Positions 10,089 through 18,643 of a stretch of DNA of 64,000 nt are shown here, piece after piece. The notes beneath the pieces are model-generated. The model had not been told where the DNA came from and searched no databases. It saw only the letters and a program-made list of their open reading frames with translations. Position 1 is the stretch's first letter, and every line of letters begins with the position of its first letter. Made by a program: the position numbers and the translations under genes. Source of the DNA: an uncultured Gammaproteobacteria bacterium (lineage in GTDB: Bacteria > Patescibacteriota > Patescibacteriia > CAZGFX01). The stretch spans positions 163,281 to 227,280 of the forward strand of contig CAZGFX010000001.1 of assembly GCA_964524845.1 (NCBI GenBank). The letters run 5' to 3'.

Positions 10089-10979
10089 TTAACGCTTCAA
10101 AATACTTGATATTCTTCTCAAATCTCCTGGAGTCGAATATGTTATAGAAACACTTCCTTTTCCGTTCTTGTCATTAATAACTACTTTTGTTCCAAGTGAT
10201 CGTGAAAACTCCTTTTCCAAAAGAACGAGGTCTGCTCGCTTAATATTAAGTATTGATACCGAGGATTTTGCATCATGTTTTTTTATAACCTTCTCAGTAT
10301 CACGGACCGTCATTCCGGCCGCAAGTATTTGTTTGTATAATTGAATTCGTTCTATATCATTTCCTATTGCGAGAATGAGTTTTGCATGAGCAAATGTCAG
10401 ACGTCCTTCTGCAAGAGCCTTCTGAATCTCTCCTGGTAGCTCGAGAACGCGAAGTGTGTTCGCTACGGTCGAACGTTTCTTTCCAAGACGTTTCGCCGCT
10501 TCGTCTTGTGTAAGACCGAATTCATCAATCAATTGTTTATAACTTTGAGCAAGTTCTATAATATTAAGATCCTGACGTTGTATATTTTCAATGAGTGCGA
10601 GTTCCAACTTCTCCATCTCTTCCGCTCGTTTGAGAATCACCGGCACCGTTTCAAGTCCGGCTTCACGAGCGGCGCGTAGACGACGCTCACCTGATATGAG
10701 CTGTACTTTATCCGAATGAGGATCTTTTGAAACAACTAACGGCTGAATAATTCCGTGCTGTTTGATTGATTCTACAAGACCCGATAATTCCTCTTGATCA
10801 AAATTGCGGCGCGGCTGATATGGATTAACATCAATATTATCAACTGGGATATATAAAATGTTTTGTTCGTTCTTTTTTCCTGTTGGAAGAATAATCCGAT
10901 CTATCTGTGTTTCGGCTGTTTTTATTCTGTGCGGGATAAGAGATCCTAGTCCTTTTCCAAGCGGAGATTTGTTATTCAT
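10089..10979 (-). CDS. parB: Chromosome partitioning protein ParB
   Basis: ParB box LISGERRLRAAREAGLETVPVIL; HTH; directly downstream of parA. Confidence 0.9.
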   Translation of the reverse strand: MNNKSPLGKGLGSLIPHRIKTAETQIDRIILPTGKKNEQNILYIPVDNIDVNPYQPRRNFDQEELSGLVESIKQHGIIQPLVVSKDPHSDKVQLISGERRLRAAREAGLETVPVILKRAEEMEKLELALIENIQRQDLNIIELAQSYKQLIDEFGLTQDEAAKRLGKKRSTVANTLRVLELPGEIQKALAEGRLTFAHAKLILAIGNDIERIQLYKQILAAGMTVRDTEKVIKKHDAKSSVSILNIKRADLVLLEKEFSRSLGTKVVINDKNGKGSVSITYSTPGDLRRISSILKR

Positions 10980-10990
10980 ATATATAAATT

Positions 10991-11770
10991 TTATGTTTCG
11001 TTTTTTTCCATTGCGATTATTTCTTTTGCAAGCGCCTCATACGCAGCCGCGCCGCGAGACGAAGCATCATAAAGTGAGATCGGCTTCCCAAAAGAAGGCG
11101 CTTCAGCGAGTTTCACGTTACGCGGAACCACTGATGAAAAAATTCTATCAGGAAAATGATTTTTTAGCTCTTCAAACACAGCCTCCGAAAGTTTGTTTCG
11201 CCCGTCGTACATAGTAAGTACAGCGCCCAGAATACCTACTTTTGGTTGAAGATGCTTTTGAACTAGATATATCGTATGAAGTAATTGTCCTAGTCCTTCA
11301 AGCGCATAATATTCACATTGAACAGGTACTAGAATTTCTCTAGCCGCAACAATTCCATTAATTGTTAGAAGTCCTAGTGTCGGCGGACAATCAATAATAA
11401 TATAATCATAAAAACTCTCTATTTCTTTCAAACAATCCTCTAGACGAAATTCTCTTCGGGCCTCTTCAACAAGTTCAATATTCGCTCCAGCGAGATTCGG
11501 AGTACTTGGAGCAAGATGTAATCCATCAATTGTTGTAAGTTTCAACACATCTCTCATCTTCACACCACCGTTAGTAGTCATGACTTCATACATACCCTCG
11601 CCGACCGAAGCATGATCAATACCAAATCCCGAGCTCGCGTTTGCTTGTGGATCAAGATCAACTACCAACACTTTCTTTCCAAGTGTCGCTAGATATGCGG
11701 ACACATTAATTGCGGTCGTGGTCTTCCCGACCCCGCCTTTTTGATTTACAATAGCTATTGTTCTAGGCAT
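10991..11770 (-). CDS. parA: Chromosome partitioning ATPase ParA/Soj
   Basis: Deviant Walker A KGGVGKTTTAINVSAYLA; 259 aa. Confidence 0.9.
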   Translation of the reverse strand: MPRTIAIVNQKGGVGKTTTAINVSAYLATLGKKVLVVDLDPQANASSGFGIDHASVGEGMYEVMTTNGGVKMRDVLKLTTIDGLHLAPSTPNLAGANIELVEEARREFRLEDCLKEIESFYDYIIIDCPPTLGLLTINGIVAAREILVPVQCEYYALEGLGQLLHTIYLVQKHLQPKVGILGAVLTMYDGRNKLSEAVFEELKNHFPDRIFSSVVPRNVKLAEAPSFGKPISLYDASSRGAAAYEALAKEIIAMEKNET

Positions 11771-11943
11771 GATAGAACTTTAAAAGTATTATGTGGCCTT
11801 ATCTTACTAAAAAATCATAATTTATTCAACGACGGAAACACCATTTCAAGGCGTGATTAACACATATAAAAAGAGTTGATTTAATTGGCTAACATAGTAT
11901 ACTTTCTATCGTTAGAAATGAATGCTTTTATTAATTTATACAT

Positions 11944-12321
11944 GCCCGGATGGCGGAACTGGTATGCCTGATCTAGTTTATCCCGTTCGCGGGACTTTGC
12001 GGGATACCAGGCAGGCATTCTGCAATCAGATGCGGCCTCCGCCGCAATCTAACATTTGGCCCTCGTTTGCTTCGCGCACTCGGGATGCAGTAGGCCTGAT
12101 CCCGCTTTGCGGGATACCTGGCAGGCATTCTGCAAGAGGATCCCGCCACCGCGGGAATCTAACATTTGGCCCTCGTTTGCTTCGCGCACTCGGGATGCAG
12201 TAGGCCTGATCCCGCTTTGCGGGATACCTGGCAGGCATTCTGCAAGAGGATCCCGCCACCGCGGGAATCTAACATTTGGCCCTCGTTTGCTTCGCGCACT
12301 CGGGATGCAGTAGACGCGCAG
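11944..12321 (+). repeat. Partial copy of the tRNA-Leu 5' end (21 nt) fused to 3 tandem ~110-bp GC-rich units (REP-like hairpins ATCCCGC-ttt-GCGGGAT and TCCCGC-cacc-GCGGGA)
   Basis: 11944-11964 (gcccggatggcggaactggta) is identical to nt 1-21 of the tRNA-Leu gene at 12365. It is followed by one degenerate and two identical 110-bp units (12095-12204, 12205-12314). The last unit ends in gtagacgcgcag, which matches the tRNA D-loop region. GC content is far above the genome background. Confidence 0.8.
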
Positions 12322-12364
12322 AATAAAAAGAAGTACATTATTAGAAAGAGTTTATATTTTACAT

Positions 12365-12452
12365 GCCCGGATGGCGGAACTGGTAGACGCGCAGGACTCA
12401 AAATCCTGTTCTAGATAATAGAGTGAGAGTTCGATTCTCTCTCCGGGCACCA
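12365..12452 (+). tRNA. tRNA-Leu (anticodon CAA), long variable arm
   Basis: GCCCGGA acceptor pairs with TCCGGGC; anticodon stem CAGGA/TCCTG, loop CTCAAAA; long variable arm; T-arm GAGTTCGATTCTC; CCA encoded. Confidence 0.9.
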
Positions 12453-12594
12453 GCCTTCGCTCTGCGAGCTACGGCTGGCGCAGCCAGTCGTAAAGCGAGC
12501 AGCTAAGAGAAGTGCTAGTCCTTCCGAAGTTCCGCGAAGTGGAACGAAGGAGGACACAATTCTTTTTTTGTACAACAAAACATTTCTCACACAT

Positions 12595-12670
12595 GGCTAG
12601 GTAGCTCAGTTGGTAGAGCACAGGACTCATAAGCCTGCGGTCGCGAGTTCAAGCCTCGCCCTAGCCACCA
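12595..12670 (+). tRNA. tRNA-Met (anticodon CAU; elongator Met or Ile-lysidine type cannot be distinguished)
   Basis: GGCTAGG..CCTAGCC acceptor, D-arm GCTCAGTTGGTAGAGC, anticodon loop CTCATAA, T-arm GAGTTCAAGCCTC, CCA encoded. Confidence 0.85.
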
Positions 12671-12672
12671 AT

Positions 12673-12706
12673 TAAAAAACACCCTTTGCAGGATGTTTTT
12701 TTATTT
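12673..12706. terminator. Bidirectional Rho-independent terminator-like hairpin flanked by A-run and T-run
   Basis: aaaaaacaccctttgcaggatgttttttt, between tRNA-Met (+) and the 3' end of the convergent binding-protein gene (-). Confidence 0.4.
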
Positions 12707-12725
12707 TCAAAAAATTTTTCTTATA

Positions 12726-13877
12726 TCACTCAGAATTATCTTCTTCCCAGGCGCCATTTCTGAATCTAATTACATTAAGCGTTCTTTTCGAATTTCCTTT
12801 TTCATTAAATTTCAATGATCCGGAAATACCGTTGTAATTGGTTTTCAATAACTGATTAGCAATACATTGTGAGTCTCTTATTTTTCCTTCTTTCTTACAC
12901 GCAGAAATTGCATCAGTCAAAACATATATATCGTCATACATATATGCCACATCAGCCGCTGGCTTTCGTCCATATTTCGCTTGATATTTCAGAGAAAAAT
13001 CTTTTTGTTCTTGGTTGAAACCAGTTTCTGTAACCCAGTGCCAAACACTTACTGATTTATTTTCTTCAAAAAGCGCTTTCGTATCATCGGTATTTGCAAC
13101 AGGAAGAAACGGAGCAATCCAATGTAATATCGGGGTATTTATCATTCCCATTTCTTTTACTTGTTTCATTAGAATATGCTCGTGTCTCCATGCACATACT
13201 ACAATTGCCTCGGATTTCATTTCTTTTATCTTTAATAATGGCGTCTTGAGATCCGTGCTTGTTGAATTGTATGTTTCTTTACCAACAAGAGTCACTCCAT
13301 TTCCTTTTATACCATCCATAAACCCTTGTTCATATTGTAAGCACTGATCACTTACTTCAGATAGAAAAGCAATGTTTTTATACCCTTTTTTTATTACAGT
13401 TTCAGCCACTAATGATCCGCTGTCTCCTGCATCGAAATAATCTCTAAAAAACAAAGGGTTGCTTTCTGCAATATCACGAACGGTTGATGCATAAAACATT
13501 ACTTTATTATTATCTGCAACTATTGTTTTAACCGCATTTGTAATGTTTGTAAAAGCTGAAATAATAATATCAGCTTTATCAACAGTAAGCATTTTCGAAA
13601 CTGTGCTAGCAGCTTGTTTCGGTTCGCCAGCATTATCTTCTGTTACAAGTTTAATAGGCGTTCCATCAATTCCTCCTTTTGCATTTATTTCTTCAACTGC
13701 CATACTCATTCCATGAAATTCCGCCTCACCTATATATGCCAAATTACCAGATAAGGCCAATGTCGCTCCTATAACAATTGGTTTTTCGGTTTCGTTGTTT
13801 TTTGTATCCTTAAAAAACACATATCCTACAACAATTACTATAATAATACCTAGAACAATAACAATTTTTTTATTCAT
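12726..13877 (-). CDS. Membrane-anchored ABC-type branched-chain amino acid (Leu/Ile/Val-type) substrate-binding protein; orphan, with no permease or ATPase nearby
   Basis: N-terminal TM helix, then a type I periplasmic-binding-protein fold (IGATLALSGNLAYIGEAEFHGMSMAVEEINAKGGIDGTPIKLVTEDNAG). Confidence 0.75.
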   Translation of the reverse strand: MNKKIVIVLGIIIVIVVGYVFFKDTKNNETEKPIVIGATLALSGNLAYIGEAEFHGMSMAVEEINAKGGIDGTPIKLVTEDNAGEPKQAASTVSKMLTVDKADIIISAFTNITNAVKTIVADNNKVMFYASTVRDIAESNPLFFRDYFDAGDSGSLVAETVIKKGYKNIAFLSEVSDQCLQYEQGFMDGIKGNGVTLVGKETYNSTSTDLKTPLLKIKEMKSEAIVVCAWRHEHILMKQVKEMGMINTPILHWIAPFLPVANTDDTKALFEENKSVSVWHWVTETGFNQEQKDFSLKYQAKYGRKPAADVAYMYDDIYVLTDAISACKKEGKIRDSQCIANQLLKTNYNGISGSLKFNEKGNSKRTLNVIRFRNGAWEEDNSE

Positions 13878-14112
13878 AACTATTTATAAATGTATAATAT
13901 TTATAGTATACGCTCTTTTCCACAAAAAATATATTTTATCCCCTAGTATCAAAACGAAAAAACATATATAATTTCGAAGCCCTGATAACAATTAGGGATC
14001 AATTCTTTTGTGTGGTAGTCTCAAACATCTACCCACCGGCACCGCTTAGCGGTGGTGCCGTATACAAACAAATTTTTAGGAAACGAACGACTTATTTTAC
14101 AATTAAGGTTTT

Positions 14113-15543
14113 TTAATAAATCATTTCCCCATCCGCATATTTAACCAACTCCTCCTCTGATGTTGTTATTACCTTTTTCCAATCAAAACGACGATTTGTA
14201 AATGCCTGGGCACTCGCAATTGCATGTTTAATTCCTCCGTCTATATAATAAACCGAAGATCTTCCTTTGGTTTTTACAAGAGATCCATTTGGTAACTCCG
14301 CTGGATATATAGTGAGTCCTTCTGTATATACGTCTAATGATTCTGGAGGAAGAGTCACAATATCATACCAATCATATCCGAGAGAAAGAAAGGCTCGTTC
14401 AGATACAAAGGGTCTCTTCATACCATTTTCTATTCTATATACAGTTGGTGTATAAAATCCTTTCACAATTGTTCCGTTTTTTTGTTTCTGGGTAAGAGGA
14501 GTGTAATCTGAAGAAACGGAGTATTTGCTAAATTCAAGTTCCCCTACAGTATCTGCTGTTTTTTCGTATTCACGAGCTGAGTTTTGATCGGCAACTATAC
14601 GAGCAACACCATCTTCGATGCGATACACCGAAGACTGGTCTTCTTTCACAATTATAGAGCCTGTTGGACGCTCTATGAAATCTCCATCGAGAATTTGAAG
14701 TGTTTTTTTCATAAAATTATCATCTCGAGTACGCTCCGGATATAAAAGTTCCTGACCATTAATAGTGAAATATAGTTCGTGTGCTCCTGATTTTGAAAAA
14801 TACCCATCATATATGAAATCAATATATTCACTTCCTTCTAGAGGGTTTGAAAGTGTCGGAAGCGAGCGCGAAAATGTAGGAGACGCGGAAGTCTCTATAA
14901 ACGATGGAAAATATTTATCAATAAACATGAATGGAGTAGAAAAAGGCATTGGAGCCCCATCGTTACGTACACGAACTATAAGTTTAATCGGTTCATATGA
15001 ATGTACATTTGCAATTGGTTTCGTAAATATATCATCAATTGCCAAATCTACTTTTGCTCCAAAAGATAAATTTGGAACACCAACAGGAACGAAGTGCGTA
15101 AATTTGTTATTCTCTTTATTTCTCTCATAAACCTGTGTCGTCGGATCAAATGTAAAAGTCACGAAATGATATCCTTTTTCTGCAAAAACACCCTCTACAA
15201 TAATATCAAAATAAGCTCCTGTACGAAGCGGAGTGTTCTGATCAATACGCAAAAAAGTACCTAGACGAGGAGTTCCTATCATTTCAAAACCATCGGCCTC
15301 AACCGATACATTGTCTATTCCTCTACCTGAATATAAATATCCTCCATTGTTCACAATACGATATGCGATGATTGTTTTTTCTCCTGGTACTGGAGCAAGT
15401 GGTGTTAATGTCACTTGAGACACTACAAAATCAGGATCCGCATCCACGGCTCGCGCAATCTGTATCTGCATCGCAAATGCAAATGCAAGAAAAAATGTAA
15501 GATAAATAATTTTATGTATATTCATATCGTACTTTCTTACCAC
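14113..15543 (-). CDS. Secreted protein with an N-terminal CARDB-like domain and three C-terminal ~70-aa repeats
   Basis: Signal peptide; CARDB-like segment (DPDFVVSQVTLTPLAPVPGEKTIIAYRIVNNGG); repeated motif SSVYRIEDGVARIV / PTVYRIENGMKRPF / SSVYYIDGGIKHAI. Confidence 0.6.
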   Translation of the reverse strand: MVRKYDMNIHKIIYLTFFLAFAFAMQIQIARAVDADPDFVVSQVTLTPLAPVPGEKTIIAYRIVNNGGYLYSGRGIDNVSVEADGFEMIGTPRLGTFLRIDQNTPLRTGAYFDIIVEGVFAEKGYHFVTFTFDPTTQVYERNKENNKFTHFVPVGVPNLSFGAKVDLAIDDIFTKPIANVHSYEPIKLIVRVRNDGAPMPFSTPFMFIDKYFPSFIETSASPTFSRSLPTLSNPLEGSEYIDFIYDGYFSKSGAHELYFTINGQELLYPERTRDDNFMKKTLQILDGDFIERPTGSIIVKEDQSSVYRIEDGVARIVADQNSAREYEKTADTVGELEFSKYSVSSDYTPLTQKQKNGTIVKGFYTPTVYRIENGMKRPFVSERAFLSLGYDWYDIVTLPPESLDVYTEGLTIYPAELPNGSLVKTKGRSSVYYIDGGIKHAIASAQAFTNRRFDWKKVITTSEEELVKYADGEMIY

Positions 15544-15761
15544 ATTCTATTAAAAAAGTCAATGTGTGACCTGTATAAAAAGACATGAAAACATCGCTTT
15601 TCCCCTGTTTTAAGCCAAAAACTACCTGTGTATTTATATGTATGAAAAAACTTATAAATCCTTTTTATGTGTACCAACAACAAAAAACCGAAGAGCTCGG
15701 CGTGGTATATAATATAATATAATAAAATAAAACAAGTTCGCAAAGCGTGTATATATAGATT

Positions 15762-16580
15762 CTACTTTTTTTTAGAAATCATTACTTTCATAGGCCAATT
15801 TAAAGAATACAAGCCGGTTTTCTCTTCTATTCCTAGAATTTCTTCTGCACCTTTAAGACACTCTTGAGGCGTTGTTTTGGTCATTGCATGAATTTTATAC
15901 AAGAATGTTCCAATCTCATCTTTGTTTTTAAATTTCCACTTAATATCAAGGTAATATATTTTTGGCTTTTCTAAATTTGATAAAAAACAAAGGCTTTCTG
16001 CAAATTCATCTGTCCAAAAGGCGACTTCGTGTCCTGTCACACAAAATTTTGCGACCTTGTCATCAAAGTGTTTTGCCAGTTTTGATCCATGCCAAACATC
16101 AACAATAACTAATCTTCCGTTCTTTTTTAGTATTCTTGCAAAATTTTGGAAAGACTTTGTTTTATTAAAACAATGATGCATCGCACCAAAAGACCAAATA
16201 GCATCAACGACTTCTTTTTCTAATGTTAGAACATCTGCACCCTCTTCAACTAATTTTACGTTTTTCTTTTGTAACTTTTTAACCTCTTCTAATTGTTCAC
16301 TCGATGGATCTGATACGATAAGTTTTTTTACCATATTAGATAAGGTTTCTGAAAAAAAACCACTTCCGGCTCCAATCTCTAGAACAATTTCGTCCTCTTT
16401 TGGCGCAAGATATTTTTTCATAACCTCAATATCTTCATCTCTTGCGTGAGGAAATTCTCTTAAACACTCTTTATATAAGCTAGCTCTAATACCACTAAAT
16501 TCTGCCATAATATTTCGATAATCCCTAAGTTTTATAAAAACATTACTGCCCCTGTGGAGTAAGTGAACACCCTTGCTCAA
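15762..16580 (-). CDS. Class I SAM-dependent methyltransferase
   Basis: Motif I VLEIGAGSGFFSE; 272 aa. Confidence 0.7.
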   Translation of the reverse strand: MSKGVHLLHRGSNVFIKLRDYRNIMAEFSGIRASLYKECLREFPHARDEDIEVMKKYLAPKEDEIVLEIGAGSGFFSETLSNMVKKLIVSDPSSEQLEEVKKLQKKNVKLVEEGADVLTLEKEVVDAIWSFGAMHHCFNKTKSFQNFARILKKNGRLVIVDVWHGSKLAKHFDDKVAKFCVTGHEVAFWTDEFAESLCFLSNLEKPKIYYLDIKWKFKNKDEIGTFLYKIHAMTKTTPQECLKGAEEILGIEEKTGLYSLNWPMKVMISKKK

Positions 16581-17037
16581 AACCCTTCTCTGTAATTTTA
16601 TAAAGTCCCGGAACAGGAAGCTCTGAATCTTTTATGCCTTTTTCCAAATAAAAACACACTTCATACTTATCCTTGTCAGGAGAAATACCAAATGAATAAT
16701 TACATGATTTTGCAACACCATTATAACAAACCTGTGTTCCTGACGGATCGTTGTATGCACCAAGTTGGATAAATTGTGAAACCTCCTGATCATCACACGC
16801 GGATAGGGCTGCACCGGCAACACATGCTCCTGCCTGACTCTTCAGTGCATACGTGCCTTTCGTATTAAAAAACATTGAGAATCCAGCTCGCACTTCGCGC
16901 ATGTGTGCGATGCGCACGACATCTCGTGTTGTTGTGCGCGACATGGTTGAAGTAAGAACGACCACAGAGATACAAATACCGACGAATATTATAACGCCCG
17001 CCAGTACATAAAGTTTTTTCTTTAAAGAATCATCCAT
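16543..17037 (-). CDS. Membrane-anchored Cys-rich hypothetical protein (single N-terminal TM, 6 Cys in the ectodomain)
   Basis: ORF with a TM helix (LYVLAGVIIFVGICISVVVL); sits in the pilM neighbourhood. Confidence 0.5.
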   Translation of the reverse strand: MDDSLKKKLYVLAGVIIFVGICISVVVLTSTMSRTTTRDVVRIAHMREVRAGFSMFFNTKGTYALKSQAGACVAGAALSACDDQEVSQFIQLGAYNDPSGTQVCYNGVAKSCNYSFGISPDKDKYEVCFYLEKGIKDSELPVPGLYKITEKGFEQGCSLTPQGQ

Positions 17038-17050
17038 AAATGAATTATTA

Positions 17051-17416
17051 TTATAAAAATTTTTTAGCCATAGTTATTACTTCAGCAGGAAGAAAGTGTT
17101 GCTTGATAACATATTCACACGCTCCTTCATCAAGACATTCGCTGATAACATTTCTGTCTGTCATATCAGTATAGATAATTACCGGTATCTTCTTTGGTCG
17201 TGCGCATCGCGCGATCTCAATTCCATCAATCTGCCCTGGTATGTGTTCTGTCAAAATCAATGAAATTCCTTCTTCGTCAATTGTTCGAAGTGCTTTTTCT
17301 GTATCGTGAACGTGTTTTATATCTACTAATTCTTCGGAAAAATATTCTCTATATATATCAGGAAGAATCGGGTCATTATCAACGATCAAAACTGTTTTTG
17401 TTGTTTCTCCTGACAT
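17051..17416 (-). CDS. Stand-alone response-regulator receiver (CheY-like) domain protein
   Basis: KTVLIVDNDPILPDIYREYF .. acidic pocket and conserved Lys; 121 aa. Confidence 0.75.
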   Translation of the reverse strand: MSGETTKTVLIVDNDPILPDIYREYFSEELVDIKHVHDTEKALRTIDEEGISLILTEHIPGQIDGIEIARCARPKKIPVIIYTDMTDRNVISECLDEGACEYVIKQHFLPAEVITMAKKFL

Positions 17417-17419
17417 AAA

Positions 17420-18484
17420 TCATTCCTTTATTTGGCGCAGCGCCAATCCAATAGGTACAGCAAGTGTCGGACCAAGCTCCAAAAGAAGGTTTTGGAGTTC
17501 CGCGTCATATCGAATAAAAGCCCACGGATTACCAATAAAACAAGGCAGATCGAAAAATTGAGAAAGCACCGATGGCAAGTATGGAACAAACGCTGTTCCA
17601 CCGGTCAAAATAATCTTCTCGATAAATATTCCACGTTTATTTCTATATAGATCAAATATATATTTAATCTCATTAAAAAACGGACCTAATGCCTGCATAA
17701 ACGGTTCAGGCATTTCTTTCATCTTTTCAAAAGTATTGGTCGAGAGACACAAGTCAACTTTGTATTGTTCGGCAATATCCTGTTCGACTCCCAGTGTGCG
17801 TGCGATAAGATCAGTGATTCGTTTGCCTCCAAAATTAATACTTCGAGTAAATATTGGTATACCACCATCAACAACAATAATATCAGTCGAATTATTTCCA
17901 AGATCAACTATAATAGAAGGTGTTTTCTCATTACCCATCAGACTCCTGACAAGAGCAAACGGCTCTGATTCAAGAGCTATCAGCTTTAAACCAATTTTTT
18001 CGAATATACGTGCGTAGCGAGCAATAAGTTTTTTCGGTGCGGCAGTCACAAGTATTTTCAAGTCCTGTTTCGATACTGTTTTTTTATCAGTTATCGGATT
18101 TGAAACAAGTTTCCAATCAACGGTCACATCTTCAATCGGAAGCGGAATCAGTTTCGCTATCTCTGTTTTAATAGCTCGCTCAATATCTTTTTCCTCCATC
18201 AGCGGAATGGATATAAGAGAATTAAATACCGCAAACGTTGGAAGCGCCGCAACACATTCTTTTGTTTTTACGTTCGATTTTATAATAAGTTTTTTTATTA
18301 TTTCCACAATCTCGTCTTGTTTTTTCGGATCATTGTTTCGAATAACATCAGCATCAACCACGGCCGTCCCATATGTTGATAAACTTGGGCGACGTTTTTC
18401 AATAGCAAGCTCGACAAGCGCAATGCTTGACGAACCAATTGTTAGACCAAGATATGTCTGTTCTTTTGAAGAGAAAAAACCCAT
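17420..18484 (-). CDS. pilM: Type IV pilus assembly ATPase-fold protein PilM
   Basis: Actin-like ATPase fold; N-terminus LGLTIGSSSIALVEL matches the PilM signature. Confidence 0.85.
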   Translation of the reverse strand: MGFFSSKEQTYLGLTIGSSSIALVELAIEKRRPSLSTYGTAVVDADVIRNNDPKKQDEIVEIIKKLIIKSNVKTKECVAALPTFAVFNSLISIPLMEEKDIERAIKTEIAKLIPLPIEDVTVDWKLVSNPITDKKTVSKQDLKILVTAAPKKLIARYARIFEKIGLKLIALESEPFALVRSLMGNEKTPSIIVDLGNNSTDIIVVDGGIPIFTRSINFGGKRITDLIARTLGVEQDIAEQYKVDLCLSTNTFEKMKEMPEPFMQALGPFFNEIKYIFDLYRNKRGIFIEKIILTGGTAFVPYLPSVLSQFFDLPCFIGNPWAFIRYDAELQNLLLELGPTLAVPIGLALRQIKE

Positions 18485-18643
18485 ATATTAAGCGCTTTTA
18501 TTATATCACATACTTTTTTCTTTTACTTCATAATTATCCTGTTTATACCCACATCATTTGTTTTGTACATTAAAAGTACGAAAAATAACGAGAGTTAATA
18601 TAGGTATGGACAAATCTTATTTTCTGTGCTATATTCGAAGTAT

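Noticed and set aside
11922-12414. Five overlapping ORFs of 77-93 aa on both strands (e.g. MALVCFAHSGCSRPDPALRDT...)
   Set aside because: They lie entirely inside the GC-rich 110-bp tandem repeats and the duplicated tRNA-Leu fragments. They are mutually overlapping in both orientations and lack RBSs; they are an artefact of high GC in an AT-rich genome.
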